A DNA stretch of 64,000 bases from Octopus vulgaris (GCA_951406725.2 OX597829.1:10416001-10480000); one strand, 5' to 3'; numbered from the stretch's first letter, positions 12,360 to 26,114 are shown. Translations and numbers: made by a program. Notes: generated from the letters alone by a model not told the origin.

Positions 12360-12985
12360 ACGTGTGCTGCAGCTAATACCACTGATGATTTCAATAATCA
12401 TGAAAATGACGGATGTGATAATGCCGTTGATGATGAGGAAGCGGATGATTAAAAGGTGACTATGGCGGCGACAAACGACGACAACGGCGTCACAACTGCG
12501 ATAACAGTGACAACGACTTGACAATTGTGATGACGATTATATTGATGTTAATTCTAGCGATGGCGGTCGTCGCCTTCCTTATTGTGCTGAACGGGATATG
12601 TCTTGTGTGTCTATGTGTATCTATGTGTGCGAGCGCATTAGAAATGTGTGCTTCCATGCTTGTTTGTAATGAAATAAACTAGACCTGTTAGAATTCTTGG
12701 AGACAGCACGAAGATAGTGGAAGTCAAGTAGTAAAATTAATGTGTTTGTTACATACATGCATGTGTATATATATACACATACATACTCGCGCGCGCACAC
12801 ACACACACACACATATATATAAATATATATATATATATAAATATACATATATATATATACATATACATATATATGTATGTATATATACATACATATAAAC
12901 ATTATGTATACATATATATACATATAAATATATGGTGTATATATATATATATATAGTGTATATATATATATATATTTATATATGG

Positions 12986-13036
<51 letters not shown>

Positions 13037-13166
13037 TATATATATATGTAGACACACCCATGTAGACCAATACATGTATGCTATTCCATATATAAATAGA
13101 ATTGCCGAAAAGAAATTTAGTAAGGAAGAGAATCAAAAGGACTGTCAAAACAAAACATAAAAAAGG

Positions 13167-13301
13167 TAGATAGATACATAGATAGATAGATCGAAAGATA
13201 GGTAGATAGATAGATAGATCGATAGATTGATAGATAGATAGATCGATAGATAGATCGATAGATAGATAGATAGATAGATAGAAAAATAGATAGATAGATA
13301 A

Positions 13302-13393
<92 letters not shown>

Positions 13394-13402
13394 ATAGATA
13401 GA
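13167..13402. repeat. (GATA)n microsatellite, 3' flank of Tx1 copy A
   Basis: Directly visible. Confidence 0.95.
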
Positions 13403-13729
13403 CAACTTTTTATTGTAGCCACACAGGGCTAAACACAGAATAAAATGGACGAAATACAATGTAGAATTTTTTCTTTTCGAGGTGGGATGGGTGGGGCAAG
13501 AAAAAAACCCCAAAAAAAACGTTTGATCAAAAGGGCTCTGTGGGTTGAGTGGTGTATAAAAAAGTAACATATATATATATATAAGGTTCACAGTTTAGGT
13601 GTAGCCTTGGAAAGAAAAACCTACAAAAAAGACCAAGGTCACCTCAGACAGTTCGAAAAGGAACACATGAGTAAGTCGCCTTACATCTCGTTGTCTCTTT
13701 TGGAGTATGTATGTGTATATATGCTTAAA

Positions 13730-16700
13730 ATAGTGTCGTCTTTCATACTGACCATTGTTGCCACTTTTACCCAGTTTTTATTAAAACATTCGTTCGACAA
13801 AGACTTCCTCTCTATTCTCATCAACCTTTTCAAGTGGTAATTGAAAAAGTTGACCAGAGACTGACCAGAGAGGAAGATCTTTGTTTGCAGTCCTTTCAAA
13901 CGCGTCCACCACACACATTCTTTCGCCATAGCCATCAGCGTAACGAAAACAGTTTTCCCTTTCCGTTTAAAGGAAGGTGGTGGAACAATATCCACGATAG
14001 ACTCGGCCGATAGGCGGGCCCGACCTACACGTGACAACAGCTGTTCGACGAAGGTCCACAGCTCTGAAATATCTGGACACTGCACGAGTGCGTGCAGAAC
14101 GGTTTCGTCGCTCTGACCGCATCTCGGGCAGGTCGGTCCGGTGGTGGTTTTCGAACCGTGCCTGTAGCTCTTCTCTCGAACAGGTAGTGCGTCTCGATAG
14201 CACTGCCAAGCCAGGGATTTCTGGAAGTTATCCATAGGCCCCGGCCCGAACGTCGTCCTGAACAGGCGGGTTAGGAATTTCTCGTCGATGCCCAGGTTTG
14301 CCCCGAGTGTGTCGTCGGACCTCCCCTCCACTAGTCCTCTATAGAACACTATAGTCGTTTGTAAGTTGCTCAAATTTGACCCCGGTCGGCAGAGCTGCTG
14401 TAGAGGTTGGCAACACTCTCGGTGCCAATCACCCAGTTTCGGTCACTTTTGATCCACGTTTGCAGTTCGGTCAGTGAGAGGACCTGCGGGAAGGCGTGCC
14501 TCACAAACGGCACCCACACCTGTTCACCGTTGTCGATGAAGTTCCAGAGATGTCGCAGTCTCAGCGCATGCCTGCGCATCATCAACCACGGCATGCCCAG
14601 TCCTCCATTCAACGGATGTTGACAGCAAATGGACTTCCTCCTCACCATCGGAACGCCACCCTTCCACAGGAAGCGGAAGAGTATGCGTTCCAGTTTGGTG
14701 ATGGTGGCGTCGGGAAAAGGTACGACGGTCAGGCGGTAATCGATGACGGATGCGATGTACGCGTTCGCCACCTCCACCCGACCTTTTAGAGACAGCTTTC
14801 TCTCGGCCCATGTTTGGCTGAGAGCGACCACTCTACTCGTGATCTCGTCCCAGTTCTTATCTATTTGGAGGTCCGGACTGAACCAGACCCCGAGCAATTT
14901 AACCGGTCCGTCCGTCCAGCGTCCCACTACTGAGCCGCAGTCGGACGGCATGAGCTTGCTTCTCCAGTTGCCGAGTATCAAACCCACTGACTTTTCCGGA
15001 TTAATCTACGCTCCCGTCACCGTTTCGTATTTTCTTAGTGTCTCGCCTATCATCTGGATGTGTTTGTCGCTCGACACTATGACGGTGACATCGTCCGCAT
15101 ATGCCGACACGCTCGTCCCGCAACCCAGTTCCCGTGGGATGTCCCTCAGTGTCGCCAGCTTCCGCAGTAGCGGCTCGAGAGTCAATACATATAGAAGCGC
15201 CGACAGGGGACACCCCTGACGGACCGAACGCGTGATGTCACACGGTTTCGACAGGTGACCGTTCACCCGAATCACAGATCGGATGCCGCTATACAAGGCA
15301 GCGATCCAACCGCGGAAGACGGGACCGAAACCAGCCGCCCTGATGACGGCCGCCAAGTACCGATGGTCGACCCTATCGAAGGCTTTAGACTGATCCAAAT
15401 TTATCAGCGCCCCACCCATGCCAGGAACCTTAACTAACCTGTCCACAATGTAGCGCATCAGATGGAGATTGTCATGTATGGTTCTGGCCGGCACGGTGCA
15501 TGTTTGCGCCTTGTCGACCAGTTTACCAATGACAAGCGCCAACCTCTCGGCTATTACTTTGGCCAAAATTTTCAAATCTGCGTTGAGCAGAGTGATAGGC
15601 CTGAAATTATCTATAATATTCCCCTTGTTTGGGTCTTTCTTCAGCAACGTGACTGCACCTCGGCTCACGAAACCGGGGATTCTCCCGTTTTGTTGCCAGT
15701 TGCAGTAGACTGATGCCAAGAGGTCGCCAAACAAGTCTGGCATTTGACAATACAGCTCGTAGGGTAAACCATCCAATCCAGGCGAATTATCCCTCGCGCA
15801 GCCCGCCATCGCATCCCACACGTCATCGGCTGTGATGGGACTTTCACAACACTCCGCTTCTCTTGCCGAGAGCCGCGGCAGGTCGGTCAGGTAGGCACTG
15901 AAATCCATCCCGCGTTCCGACCCACCACTCGCACCAAACAGTCGAGCAAAGTGCTGTTGAAAGGCCTCACACATCCTTTCGGGTTCGAGTAAACTGCATC
16001 CCTGTTGACCTATTAGAGACCGAATGGTGGCTCTGTTGCCACGCTGCGCCTCCGCTACCCGGGCCTCTCGCGCAGCTTCGATCCCTTCGTTCCATAAGGC
16101 ACGCATTTTAGCTCTGACGACGCAACCTTCGTGTTTGGCGTTGAGGTTTTGGTCGAGGGCCATCCTCGCAGCCAGCACGTTGGTTGCGCTGCCAGTGGTA
16201 AGTGCCTCTTCTAGTTTCTTAACCAAGTCTCCCTCTATTCTATTTCGTTCTATCACTAATTCCTTGCTAAACCTAATTGATTCCGATTTTATTGCCATTT
16301 TCAGGGCGAACCACCAGCGGTTGTTGAGGACGGCTCCCGTCAGCGCCCTCTTAATTAACTCGCTAATCCGGTTCCTGTAAACCTGTCGCGCTAAGAGCGA
16401 CGTGTTCAGTTTCCAGTAACCGGGACCCTGTCTATGTGTTTTATCTAAGTCGAGCGTACACGTCACAAATTTGTGATCTGTGTATATTTTAAATTGTGGA
16501 CATCCTACACTATCCCTATCCGCTGTCCTGCATAGTATTCTATCTAGATAAGATCTCGAGAATCCTACGCGGTTTGTCCAAGTCCACGTTGGCACGTTCG
16601 GATGGTCGAGTCGGAACCTGTCAGACAAATGGAAACGTCTGAGCAGGTCTTTGAGGCTCTTACACCCCCTTCTATTCCTATCCATTCCCACATAATCTAG

Positions 16701-17156
16701 ATGCGTGTCCAAGGTAGCGTTCCAATCCCCTACAAACAGTAAAGGTCTAGACGTACCCAGGAAAACTTCTAGACGTCTGAAGAAATCCGCCCGACCCGTT
16801 AAGGACGGTGCATAAACTGCCATCAGACGGAATGCACACCCATTTCTGCCATCCACGTCCAAGACAACCAGCCTACCCTCCGGGTCTAGGAATATTGCTC
16901 TTACTTTTACATTTAGACTCTTTCGAAAAAGCATTGCGGTACCTCCACCACTCATGTTGGGCAGACAGGGAGAAAAATAAATGTCAAATTGATTGCCAAA
17001 CATGGACGCGAGGGCCCGCGGCTTACTGAGTCTGGTTTCACTGATATCTACTATATCCACGTTCAGTGACTTGATGTCATTTAGAAGGTAACCTTGCTTC
17101 CAAGACGACGCCAAGCCACGCGCATTCACACAACCCAATTTAAGCATACTTGACAT
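13730..17156 (-). pseudogene. Tx1 copy A ORF2 (APE endonuclease, RT, C-terminal CCHC); 716 aa open then frameshifts
   Basis: CVNARGL, ISETRL, VYAP, GDWNA, YLDRI, TDH; PGLDGLP, FRPITLLNADLKILAK, DQSKAFDRVDH, RQGCPLS, YADD; CPRCGQSDETVLHALVQC. Confidence 0.92.
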
Positions 17157-17221
17157 TTACGAAAATTGTGTTTTACACACTACATTGGGAGAGACAAGAG
17201 GCAAGAGGGGAGGTCACTTAC

Positions 17222-19037
17222 TCATTTTAAAAGTTTCATTTTTTCTTCTTCTTTTGTATTGTTTTTGATGAGGTGTTTGTATAGTTTTTTCGACAGGTAT
17301 CGTTGAAACCCGCCTACCGCTTTCTGAAATATTGTTTTCAGTATGTGGTGTTGTGCTTGTGTTATGTGTAAAATTCTGATGTGTTTCGGTGGTGTGCTGT
17401 GCGGATGATTGTTTGTCTTAAAGTCATCTTCACAGATGTCCGTGTTGGATGTGATGTAGCCCATTAATTCTTTATTGTCTGTGTCTATTGCAGTTAGTTG
17501 TGTGTGTGGTTTTACGGGTTCATTGCTTTTTTGATTGTCTAGTGGGATGCTGTCAGCTGTTATGTATCTCCCTGCTTTACTTCCTTGTTTGGTGGATTTT
17601 TTGGATCTTTTCCTTTTACCCCCTGTGGCTATTTGCCATTCCGTCGAACTTTCGTCGTCCGACGTATCAGTAGGAGGTAAAGGCAAAGCATTTGCATTAC
17701 TATGTATGCTTGTAGAAATTGTTGAGGTTTTGTGCGGTGTTTGTGTTGTTGTGGTGTTAGGGGTAGAATTTGTCTTCTCGTCACTGTTTTCTGTCTTTTT
17801 AGTTGTCGTCCTCGGTGTTGGTGTTGGTCTATTTTTTGTTGGTTCAACATGTTGAATTAGTTGTGACGTCAACGGTGATTGTGTTGGTACTGTTTCTTTT
17901 CTTGGTGATGTTGTTGGGGTTTGTTTGCTGGTTTGTTGTTTTTCTTGGCATTGTTCCATAATTGAGTGTGTTGGTGTTGTTGTTGGTGTTGGTGTTGGCA
18001 ACAAGGGTTTTTTATTTGTTTTCTGATTTGTTCTTTCTTGTTTTTTCTGTACCAGAGCGCACTTGGCAATTAAATGTTCGGGGCTGCCACAGTTGTAGCA
18101 TCTAGACTTTTTGCCTTCTGCTACAACATATAGGCATTGCCCATTTTCCAAGTGGATCTTATCCGGTAGGCTCTCGATAGAGGCCCCCTCAATCTGTATG
18201 GTCACCACTATTGTCTTCCCACCCCAAATGTCGGCAAGGTATACGGCGGTTTCCAAAATGTTGATATTTTTTAAATGGTAACAGATTGCCCCTATTATAC
18301 ATTTGTTAGGAATCTCGGGAGGTACATTTTTAATAGTGATTCGACTCACTCTCTGGTTTTTATGGTATGGGACCATGATGATTTCATCATTTCCCAGTTT
18401 ATATATACTTTTTCTTTCATTATGCTTTTTAAGCATTTTTCTACATCTGTTTTTGTAATCTGTTCATTTAGTTTTTGTTTTTCCTTATAATTTTATATAT
18501 AATTATCTTATTTTCTATTTCTTGCTTTATGTGTTGAGGTGTATGCAGCACTAAATCTTGTCCACGGGTTGTAAAGAGAGCTCTCGTTTCTATGAGCTCT
18601 TCATTTGTAAATGTTACAATCTCTTTCTTCTGACGCAGAGTGTCAGCGAAATTTACTTGTGTTGTTGATTTTTTTTGTATTAACATCTTCACTATTAGAT
18701 AGTTCATTTTTATTGTCGTTCTTGTTGTTGTTGTTGTTTTTTTAATAGTATTCGCGTGAGTTTCATTTTTATCATTTATGTTGGTTGTGGTGGTAGTGGT
18801 GGTGGTGGTGGAGGTGGTGGTGGTAGCAGTAGTAGTCTCGTTGTTGTTGTTGTTGTTAGTGGTGGTGGTGGTGACTGGGCTGTTACCGCACGTAGTTGCA
18901 GCGTTCATTCCAACGATATTCATGTTTGCCCTTTGTGTGCATGAGTTCTTTTTTTCTTCTCCTAGCGTTTCCAAACTAGGAAAATTCTGGTCCATAAAGG
19001 AACGCGACCAGCGTTCTACAATAAAATTTCTCGACAT
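17222..19037 (-). pseudogene. Tx1 copy A ORF1 (Thr-rich, RRM-like region, zinc knuckle), split by a frameshift near 18450
   Basis: Starts MSRNFIVE as in copy C; ITIKNVPPE; CYNCGSPEHLIAKC knuckle; ends 65 nt before the ORF2 ATG. Confidence 0.85.
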
Positions 19038-19236
19038 TTTCTAATGTCGAGAATAAAATTTCAGAAATGAAATGTGGTTGAAACTGCCCCTAGGGGCGAA
19101 TTCCTCACTTGGAAAAGCACTCAAACGAAAGTTGGGTGCCTTATACACCTTATTTGCAAAAATGTACACAAAATATGGGCTATAAATAGTCAAAATAAAC
19201 GATTACCTTCGGAGCCGAACTGACAGCACGTCCGTG

Positions 19237-19237
<1 letters not shown>

Positions 19238-19332
<95 letters not shown>
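19238..19332. repeat. (GATA)n spacer between Tx1 copies A and B
   Basis: Directly visible. Confidence 0.95.
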
Positions 19333-22300
19333 TGTTTCTTTATTAGCCACACAGACGGAACAGATTACAAAGTAGAGCATTTCACTTTTTGAAGAAAAAA
19401 TAAAGTGGGGTAGGTTTTCGATCAAAAGGGATCGAAAGAGGGAAAGAAGAAAAAAAAAGGAAAAGATACAAAAGAAAAAAAAAAGAAAAAATAATAAAAA
19501 AGGAAAGGAAAAAAGGGGAACAAGAAACAAACGATCAATAGGGATCGTGTATTCCCAGCGTCATGATGTACCGTGTAAAGTGGGAAGCAGATAAGGTTTT
19601 TCCGTGGGAAGAAAAGCCTACGGAAAAGACCACGGTAACCTCGGTCAATATTGTAACATGTTACCACATTTGTTTGCAAGTGGGGAACCCTCTGTTATCA
19701 ATTTCTGGGTTCATAGAATTATGCACAAGGTGGCTTCAACATTCATACGTGCCATCCTTGCTACATTCACCCATCTTTTTTTAAAACATTCGCTAGACAA
19801 AACTTGCCTCTCTACTCACACTTTCCTTTTCAAGTGATACTTGAAGATGTTGAAGAGAGATTGACCAGAGAGGAAAGTGTTTGTCTCCAATCCTTTCAGA
19901 CGCGTCCACCAGATACATTCTTTCGCCATAGCCTCAAGGATGATGAAAATAGCTCTTTCTTCTCGTTTGAAAGAAGGAGGCGTGACGATATTAACGATAG
20001 ACTCGACTGATAAACCGACTCGTCCCACACGTGACAGCAGTTGTTCGACATAAGCCCACAGGTCGGAAATTGTTGGACACTGCACGATTGCGTGCAGAAC
20101 GGTTTCGTCGCTCTGACCGCATCTCGGGCAGGTCGGCCCCGTGTTTCACGAGCCGTGTCTGTAGAGCTTATCCCGAACGGTTAGCGCTTCTCGGTAGTAC
20201 TGCCAACCCAGGGATCTCTGGAAGTTGTCCATGGGCCCTGGGCGGAAAGTCGTCCCGAACAGCCGGGTCAGGTATTCCTCGTCGACGTCCAGGTTCGCCC
20301 CGAGCTCGTCGTCGTACCGCCCCTCCATTAATCCGCTATCGAATGCTTGGGTTGTGTTGAAGTCACTCAAGGTCGACCCAGGACGGCACAGTTGCTTGAG
20401 AGCAACGAGTCACTCGCGGTGCCATTCGCCCTTCCTCGGCCTCTTTTTGATCCACTACTGCAGTTCGGTCATGGAGACGAGCTGCGGGAAAGCGTGCCTC
20501 ACAAACTTCTTTTTAACGGGTGTTGACAGCAAATGGATCGCCTGACCATCGAGACGCATCCTTTCCACAAGAAGCGAAAGAGAATGCGTTCTAGTTTGGT
20601 GATGGTAGGGTCGGGACAAGGCACGACGGTCAGGCGGTAGTAGATGATGTACACGATGTACGAGTTCGCCACCTCCGCCCGACCTTTTAGGGACAGTTTC
20701 CTCTCGGCCCATTGCCGGGCAAGAGTGACCACCCTACTCGTTATCTCGTTCCAGTTGTTCTTCATCTGGAGGTCCGGACCAAACCAGACCCCGAGCAACT
20801 CGACCGGACCGTCGGTCCAACGTCCCACGACGGAGGCGCTGGTGGACGGCATGGGCTTGCTTCTCCAGGCGCCGAGTCGCAAGCCCACTGATTTTTCCCG
20901 GTTGATTTTCGCTCCTGTTACCGCTTCGTAGTTTTTCATTATGTCACCGACCTGCTCGATGTGCTCGTGGCTAGACACTATGACGGTGACGTCGTCCGCG
21001 TATGCAGACACGCTCATCCCGCATCCCAGTTCTCGCGGATGCCCCTCAGAGTTGCCAGCTTCCGCAATAATGGCTCGAGAGTCAATACGTATAGAAGCGA
21101 CGAGAGGGGACATCCCTGAATGACCGAGCGTGCGATGTCGAAAGGTCTCGATAGATGTCCATTTACGCGAATTACCGAAAGGATGCCTCTGTACAAAGCG
21201 GCTATCCAGCCGCGGAAGACGGGATCGAAGCCAGCCACACTCAGGACAGCCTCGAAGTATCGATGGTCTACCCTATCGAAAGCTTTCGATTGATCCGAAT
21301 TGACCAGCGCCCCACCCATGCCAGGTTCCTTAACTACTCTGTATATGATGTAGCGCATCAGGTGGAGATTGTCATGTATGCTCCGGCCCGGCGCACGTTT
21401 GCGCCTTGTCAACAAGTTTCTCGATTTCAAGCGACAACCTCTTAGCTAATACCTTGGCCAAAATTTTCAAGTCTGCATTAAGCAAAGTGATGGGCCTAAA
21501 GTTATCTATTACATTCCCCTTGTTTAGATCTTTCTTCAGCAGTGTTACGGCTCCTCGGCTCACAAAACCAGGAATGCTCCCGTCTTCCTACCAGTTGCAG
21601 TACACCGCTGCCAAGACGTCTCCAAACAAGTTTGGCATACAACTGTATAACTCGTAGGGCAGACCATCCAAACCCGGCGATTTGTCTATCGAGCATTCTG
21701 CCATTGCGGCTCGCACATCCGCCGCCGTGATGGCACCTTCCCAGCGCCCTGCCTCTCTTGTCGAGATTCGTGGCTCGCTGTGCAAGTAGGCACTGAAGTC
21801 CACCCTGCGTTCACGCTCGCCACTCGTCCCGAACAGTCGGGTAAAGTGCCGCTGAAATGCCTCGCACATCTTGCTGGGCGCGAGCAGTTCACGCCCTTGT
21901 TCGTCTACCAGAGACCGAATGGTAGCTTTGTTGCCCTGCTGCGCCTTCGCCACCCGGGCCTCTCTCCCGGCTCCAACACCTTCCATCCTTAGAGCACGCA
22001 GCCTAGCCCTGACAGCACACTCTTCGTGTTTGGCGTTGAAGTGTTGGTCTAGGGCCAACCTCGCCGCTAAAACGTCGGATATGATGCCGCTTCTTATTGC
22101 CTCTTCTAACTTCTTAACTAACTCACCCTCGACTCTATTTTTATCTACGGCTAGTGCCTTGCTATATCTAATAGCTTCCGCTTTTACTGCTCTCTTGAGG
22201 GTGAACCACAATTTGTCGTTGATGCTGGCTCCCGTTAAAGCCCTCTTTACTAACGTGTTGATTAAACCTCTCTGGACGGGAAAGATGCATTTAGTTTCCA

Positions 22301-22460
22301 GTAACCGGAACCCTGTCTATGCGCGTTATGTAAGTCTAGCGTACACGTTACGAATTTGTGATCCGTGTAGCTGACTGTGTGGAATTGTGGACCTCCTAAA
22401 TTATCCCTGTCTACTGTCCTACACAGTATCCTATCTAGATACGATCTCGACGACCCACTG
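19333..22460 (-). mobile_element. 5'-truncated Tx1-type retrotransposon, diverged subfamily (copy B)
   Basis: SRSYLDRILC, YTDHKFV, SPGLDGLPYELY, FRPITLLNADLKILAK, DQSKAFDRVDH, QGCPLS, YADD, CPRC..H..C; 3' AATAAA then (TATC)n. Confidence 0.9.
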
Positions 22461-22464
22461 CATG

Positions 22465-24112
22465 ACATGCAAAATATAACACCCTATATCTAATTATCTA
22501 TAAATTAAACGATCAAACTGGGTTCATAAAATACAATGAAATGAAATGAAATAAAAGCAGAATCCTATACAAGAAAATAATATTAGTATATAACAGTCGA
22601 AGTTTTTTCTTAAGAAATATATCGAAATGTATACAAAAACTTTGCGATGTGGAATAAATCATTCATAATAAGAAACAAATCCAACAGTATGATTAAAAAC
22701 TAGTCCAAGAATCAAAAATATACGCTATCCATATGGTATATTGCTAGTCGACATTTTAAATTTAGCTGCGTGTCTGTATGAATTCAAGAGTTCGCTTCTT
22801 TGATTTAAAGAATTATTGTCTTGGAATAAAATAAAATATTTTTCCAGCAAACATAAATCGCACTTGAAATTTCTCTTATGCGCACGTGCCTAATGGTGCC
22901 GCTCTATCTGAAATACTTCATGACACGTTGAAAGGTCGGGCTTCTTTTTCTTTTAATTCCAGACATATTTCGCCAGGCTGGTCTTCGTCCTATTTTCGAG
23001 GTATGTAAAGGAATTTTTATGCGAATAAAATCGGGTTTTTAAATGAATTTCAGAAGCCCCTGTATAAGTTCTATATTTGCACCTTGGCTCTATATACGAC
23101 TCCTTTTTCTAAACATTTCCCTTCCAACGGACAGGAGGATCCATCTTTACAATTACAATTTTAAGAGGATCGGTACTAAGCTTGTTATCAATGAGTTTCC
23201 TGTTGTGCTGGCTAACGTAAGAGGCGAAATTCCTGCAACAAGAATAGCTGATCTTAAGGGTTCTTCTATTAAATATTCTATAAAATTTATGGTCCTTTTT
23301 AAAATGCCTAGAGACTAATTTCAAGAATTCCCTACCTATGTTTGTTTTTACGGCTAAATTGAAAGCTGGGTTGAACCACAAAACTTTCTTGGTCCTAGTT
23401 CTACGCGTAGCATTACTACTAGCATTAACTTGGTTATACTGGATCTTCTCAGAGAATCCACTATTCCTTAATGCGCTCTCGTAATAAGGAGCAACATTTT
23501 GGAATGCTGCCTCATCCGAATAAATTGACGATATTCGCCTACCTACATTGCTGATTATGTTCCTAAGAATAACTGATAGCTTATCATTAAGCTTACGGTA
23601 AGGTTTAAATTTATCCGACCTTAAATCCAAATTTACATCTAAAAAACTACGCTTTTCAGGTTAGTATCTATCGTAACCCGTAAGCCCATCCTTTGGAAGA
23701 AAGCAATAAGGTCCTTCCTAAGTTTATCTGATTCACGGCTGTTTAAATTATGGGTGACTATAAGGCCGTCATCCCTATATAAACCTGCATCTATAAACGG
23801 GAATTCTATTTTTAGATTATGAAGGATATGGGCTCCTATGAGCATACATAACTCAGCCCCGTCGTATGTCCCCATCGGTACATCGAAAAGAGAATCTTCA
23901 CTCTACTTAACCCAGGTGGAATCCTCGAAAAAAAGAAGTGATTTCCTTGCATGAATGATTACGTCAATTTTCGAGTTATCGATGTTGACATACTGTTTGG
24001 CGAAGTCTGATGCTCTTAGGAGTAAAGTCCTAGATATTGACGAGTAGAAGTCAATAATATCAAACTGCGTAAAATTGCAGTTTGAAATGTTTTTTCGGTT
24101 CAATTTTAACAA
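22465..24112 (-). mobile_element. Penelope-like element fragment, Naiad-type RT + GIY-YIG, inactivated
   Basis: FDIIDFYSSI, MGTYDGAELC, GLYRDDGL, WFNPAF..VKTNIG, IFNRRTLKISYSC, CNC..CPL.GKC..GVVYRA..YTG, CDLCLLEK, LNQRSELL..RH; stops and frameshifts. Clade assignment from recalled motif pattern. Confidence 0.85.
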
Positions 24113-24205
24113 AACTGCCCGACGAACGGGAAAGTGAAACTCTGAGTTAAAGCTTTTGTTATATTTCTGCTGCTTTTAAATAAAGTATACTTATATATAT
24201 ATATA

Positions 24206-24520
24206 TTGGAGCACTCCGTCGGTTACGGCAACAAGGGTTCCAGCTGATACGATCAATGGAACAGCTTGCTCATGAAATTAACGTGCAAGAGACTGAGCAA
24301 TCCACAAACACGTGTACCCCTAACGTAGTTCTCGGGGAGTTTCAGCGTGACACAGAGTGTGACAAGGCCAGCCCTTAGAAAATACAGGTACAGTTCATTT
24401 TCGCCAGCTGAGTGGATTGGAGCAACGTGTCTTGCTCAAGGACACAACGCGTCGCCGGGAATTGAACTCACGACCTTATAATCGTGAACCGAATGCCCTA
24501 ACCACTTAGCCACGCGCTTT
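24206..24520 (-). mobile_element. tRNA-derived SINE (second family)
   Basis: Minus-strand head GCGCGTGGCTAAGTGGTTAGGG...GTGAGTTCAATTCCCGG (A and B boxes); second copy at 28380-28680. Confidence 0.8.
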
Positions 24521-24657
24521 CATACGTATATATTCACAATATATACGTGTATTATATATATATATATACCAGATACGCCGAAACAAAAAATTGTCGATAA
24601 CCATTAAATTTATGCGTCTCGAAACAAACCGATAGAAATCTCTACAAAATTCGTTAT

Positions 24658-24715
24658 TACCGTATTGGTCCAATTTCGGGGTTAATTCACAAGAAATTTC
24701 CCCCTCTTCAGCGGA
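24658..24715 (-). ncRNA. Type I hammerhead ribozyme motif
   Basis: CCG-CTGAAGA-GGGG..CCCC-GAAA-TTGGACCAA-TA-CGG on the minus strand. Confidence 0.75.
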
Positions 24716-24930
24716 AATTTTTTTTTATCCTATATCAATTATAAATAGATTAGTGTTCACTTCCGGATTCTATCACTCTGTGAAAGTTTCTAGTTCAAAT
24801 CACACGTGTCTCGAGGTGCGCCGACGATTTTTCTATTTTGGATATATTTGGGGTACTTAGGTCTGCTCGGGACATGGTGCTTGCTTCTTCCGTGGGTATG
24901 AATAAGTATTTCATTTATATCTCGCGTATG

Positions 24931-24989
24931 TGCCGCTGAAGAGGGGAAAATTTCTTATGAATTAACCCCGAAATTGGACCAATACGGTA
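24931..24989 (+). ncRNA. Type I hammerhead ribozyme motif, intact
   Basis: TGCCG-CTGAAGA-GGGG(aaaatttcttatgaattaa)CCCC-GAAA-TTGGACCAA-TA^CGGTA. Confidence 0.82.
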
Positions 24990-25112
24990 ATAACGAATTT
25001 TGTAGAGATTTCTATCGGTTTGTTTCGAGACGCATAAATTTAATGGTTATCGACAATTTTTTGTTTCGGCGTATCTGGCATTAGAATTTTTCTTCTGCCC
25101 TTATCTTGTAAA

Positions 25113-25507
25113 TCTTTATATATAAAAGTGAAGTTGTGTGTCTGTCTCCTACGATTTAGATTCCTAACTACTCCCACATTTTGCGGTGCAGTTTAACCGA
25201 AACCAGGTATCTTATAGTCGTGATTCATATCGAACTCTTCTGGGTATTAGCGCGCGTCTACGATGAGTCTACGATTTAAAAAAAAATTACCATCATTTTT
25301 TTCCATTTTAATGCATTTTTCGCTATTATATAAGGGAAGTAACTCTCTAAAAATGTCTACGATGAGTCAACGATTTTTAAAAAATTACCATCATTTTTTT
25401 TTCCAATTTTAATGCATTTTTTTGCTATTTTTTGGCTATAACTCTCTAAAAATGCTTATATAATTATTTCCCTTACAAACCCGAGCAACGCCGGGCGATA
25501 CTGCTAG
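25113..25507 (+). mobile_element. Non-autonomous Helitron
   Basis: A|TC 5' end (TCTTTATATATAAAAG), subterminal hairpin CCCGAGCAACGCCGGG, 3' CTAG|T; internal ~98-bp tandem duplication. Confidence 0.85.
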
Positions 25508-25595
25508 TTATGTATAAATTTTACCTTTAAAGGCATTTTTTGATATGCTGGCCATTGATAAAATGTTTTTCCCGAAAAAGTTTTTATCATATATC

Positions 25596-25658
<63 letters not shown>

Positions 25659-25729
25659 ATATATACTTACGTACATGCATGTATACATACATATATATAT
25701 ATATATATGTATCTATATATATATATATT

Positions 25730-25930
<201 letters not shown>

Positions 25931-25986
25931 ACAAAAGAATGAATGAGTCTCGATATTATGTAAAATAGAGGAATTTATATTTATAC

Positions 25987-26020
<34 letters not shown>

Positions 26021-26081
26021 GGCGGTGCCCCAGCATGGCCACGGCTCGTGAGCTGAAACTAGATAAAATAAAAAGAAATTA

Positions 26082-26114
<33 letters not shown>

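Larger units (their letters stand above)
13403..19237 (-). mobile_element. Apparently full-length L1-clade Tx1-type non-LTR retrotransposon (copy A), frameshifted
   Basis: 5'UTR, ORF1 with CCHC knuckle, ORF2 APE-RT-zinc finger, 3' end AATAAAAAGTT; (GATA)n on both sides. Confidence 0.92.
24569..25078. repeat. PLE-type inverted repeat (arms 24569-24714 and 24933-25078), each arm carrying an HHR
   Basis: ~146-bp arms differ at about two positions; 218-bp spacer. Confidence 0.88.

Noticed and set aside
22465-23260. Selenocysteine/SECIS in the Naiad-type PLE
   Set aside because: Some Naiads are reported to use UGA-Sec, but the Cys positions here (SYSCC, CNC, CPL, CDLC) are TGY, the TGA seen falls at a likely Trp position, and the only ATGA-led hairpin in the 3' region lacks the matching GA.
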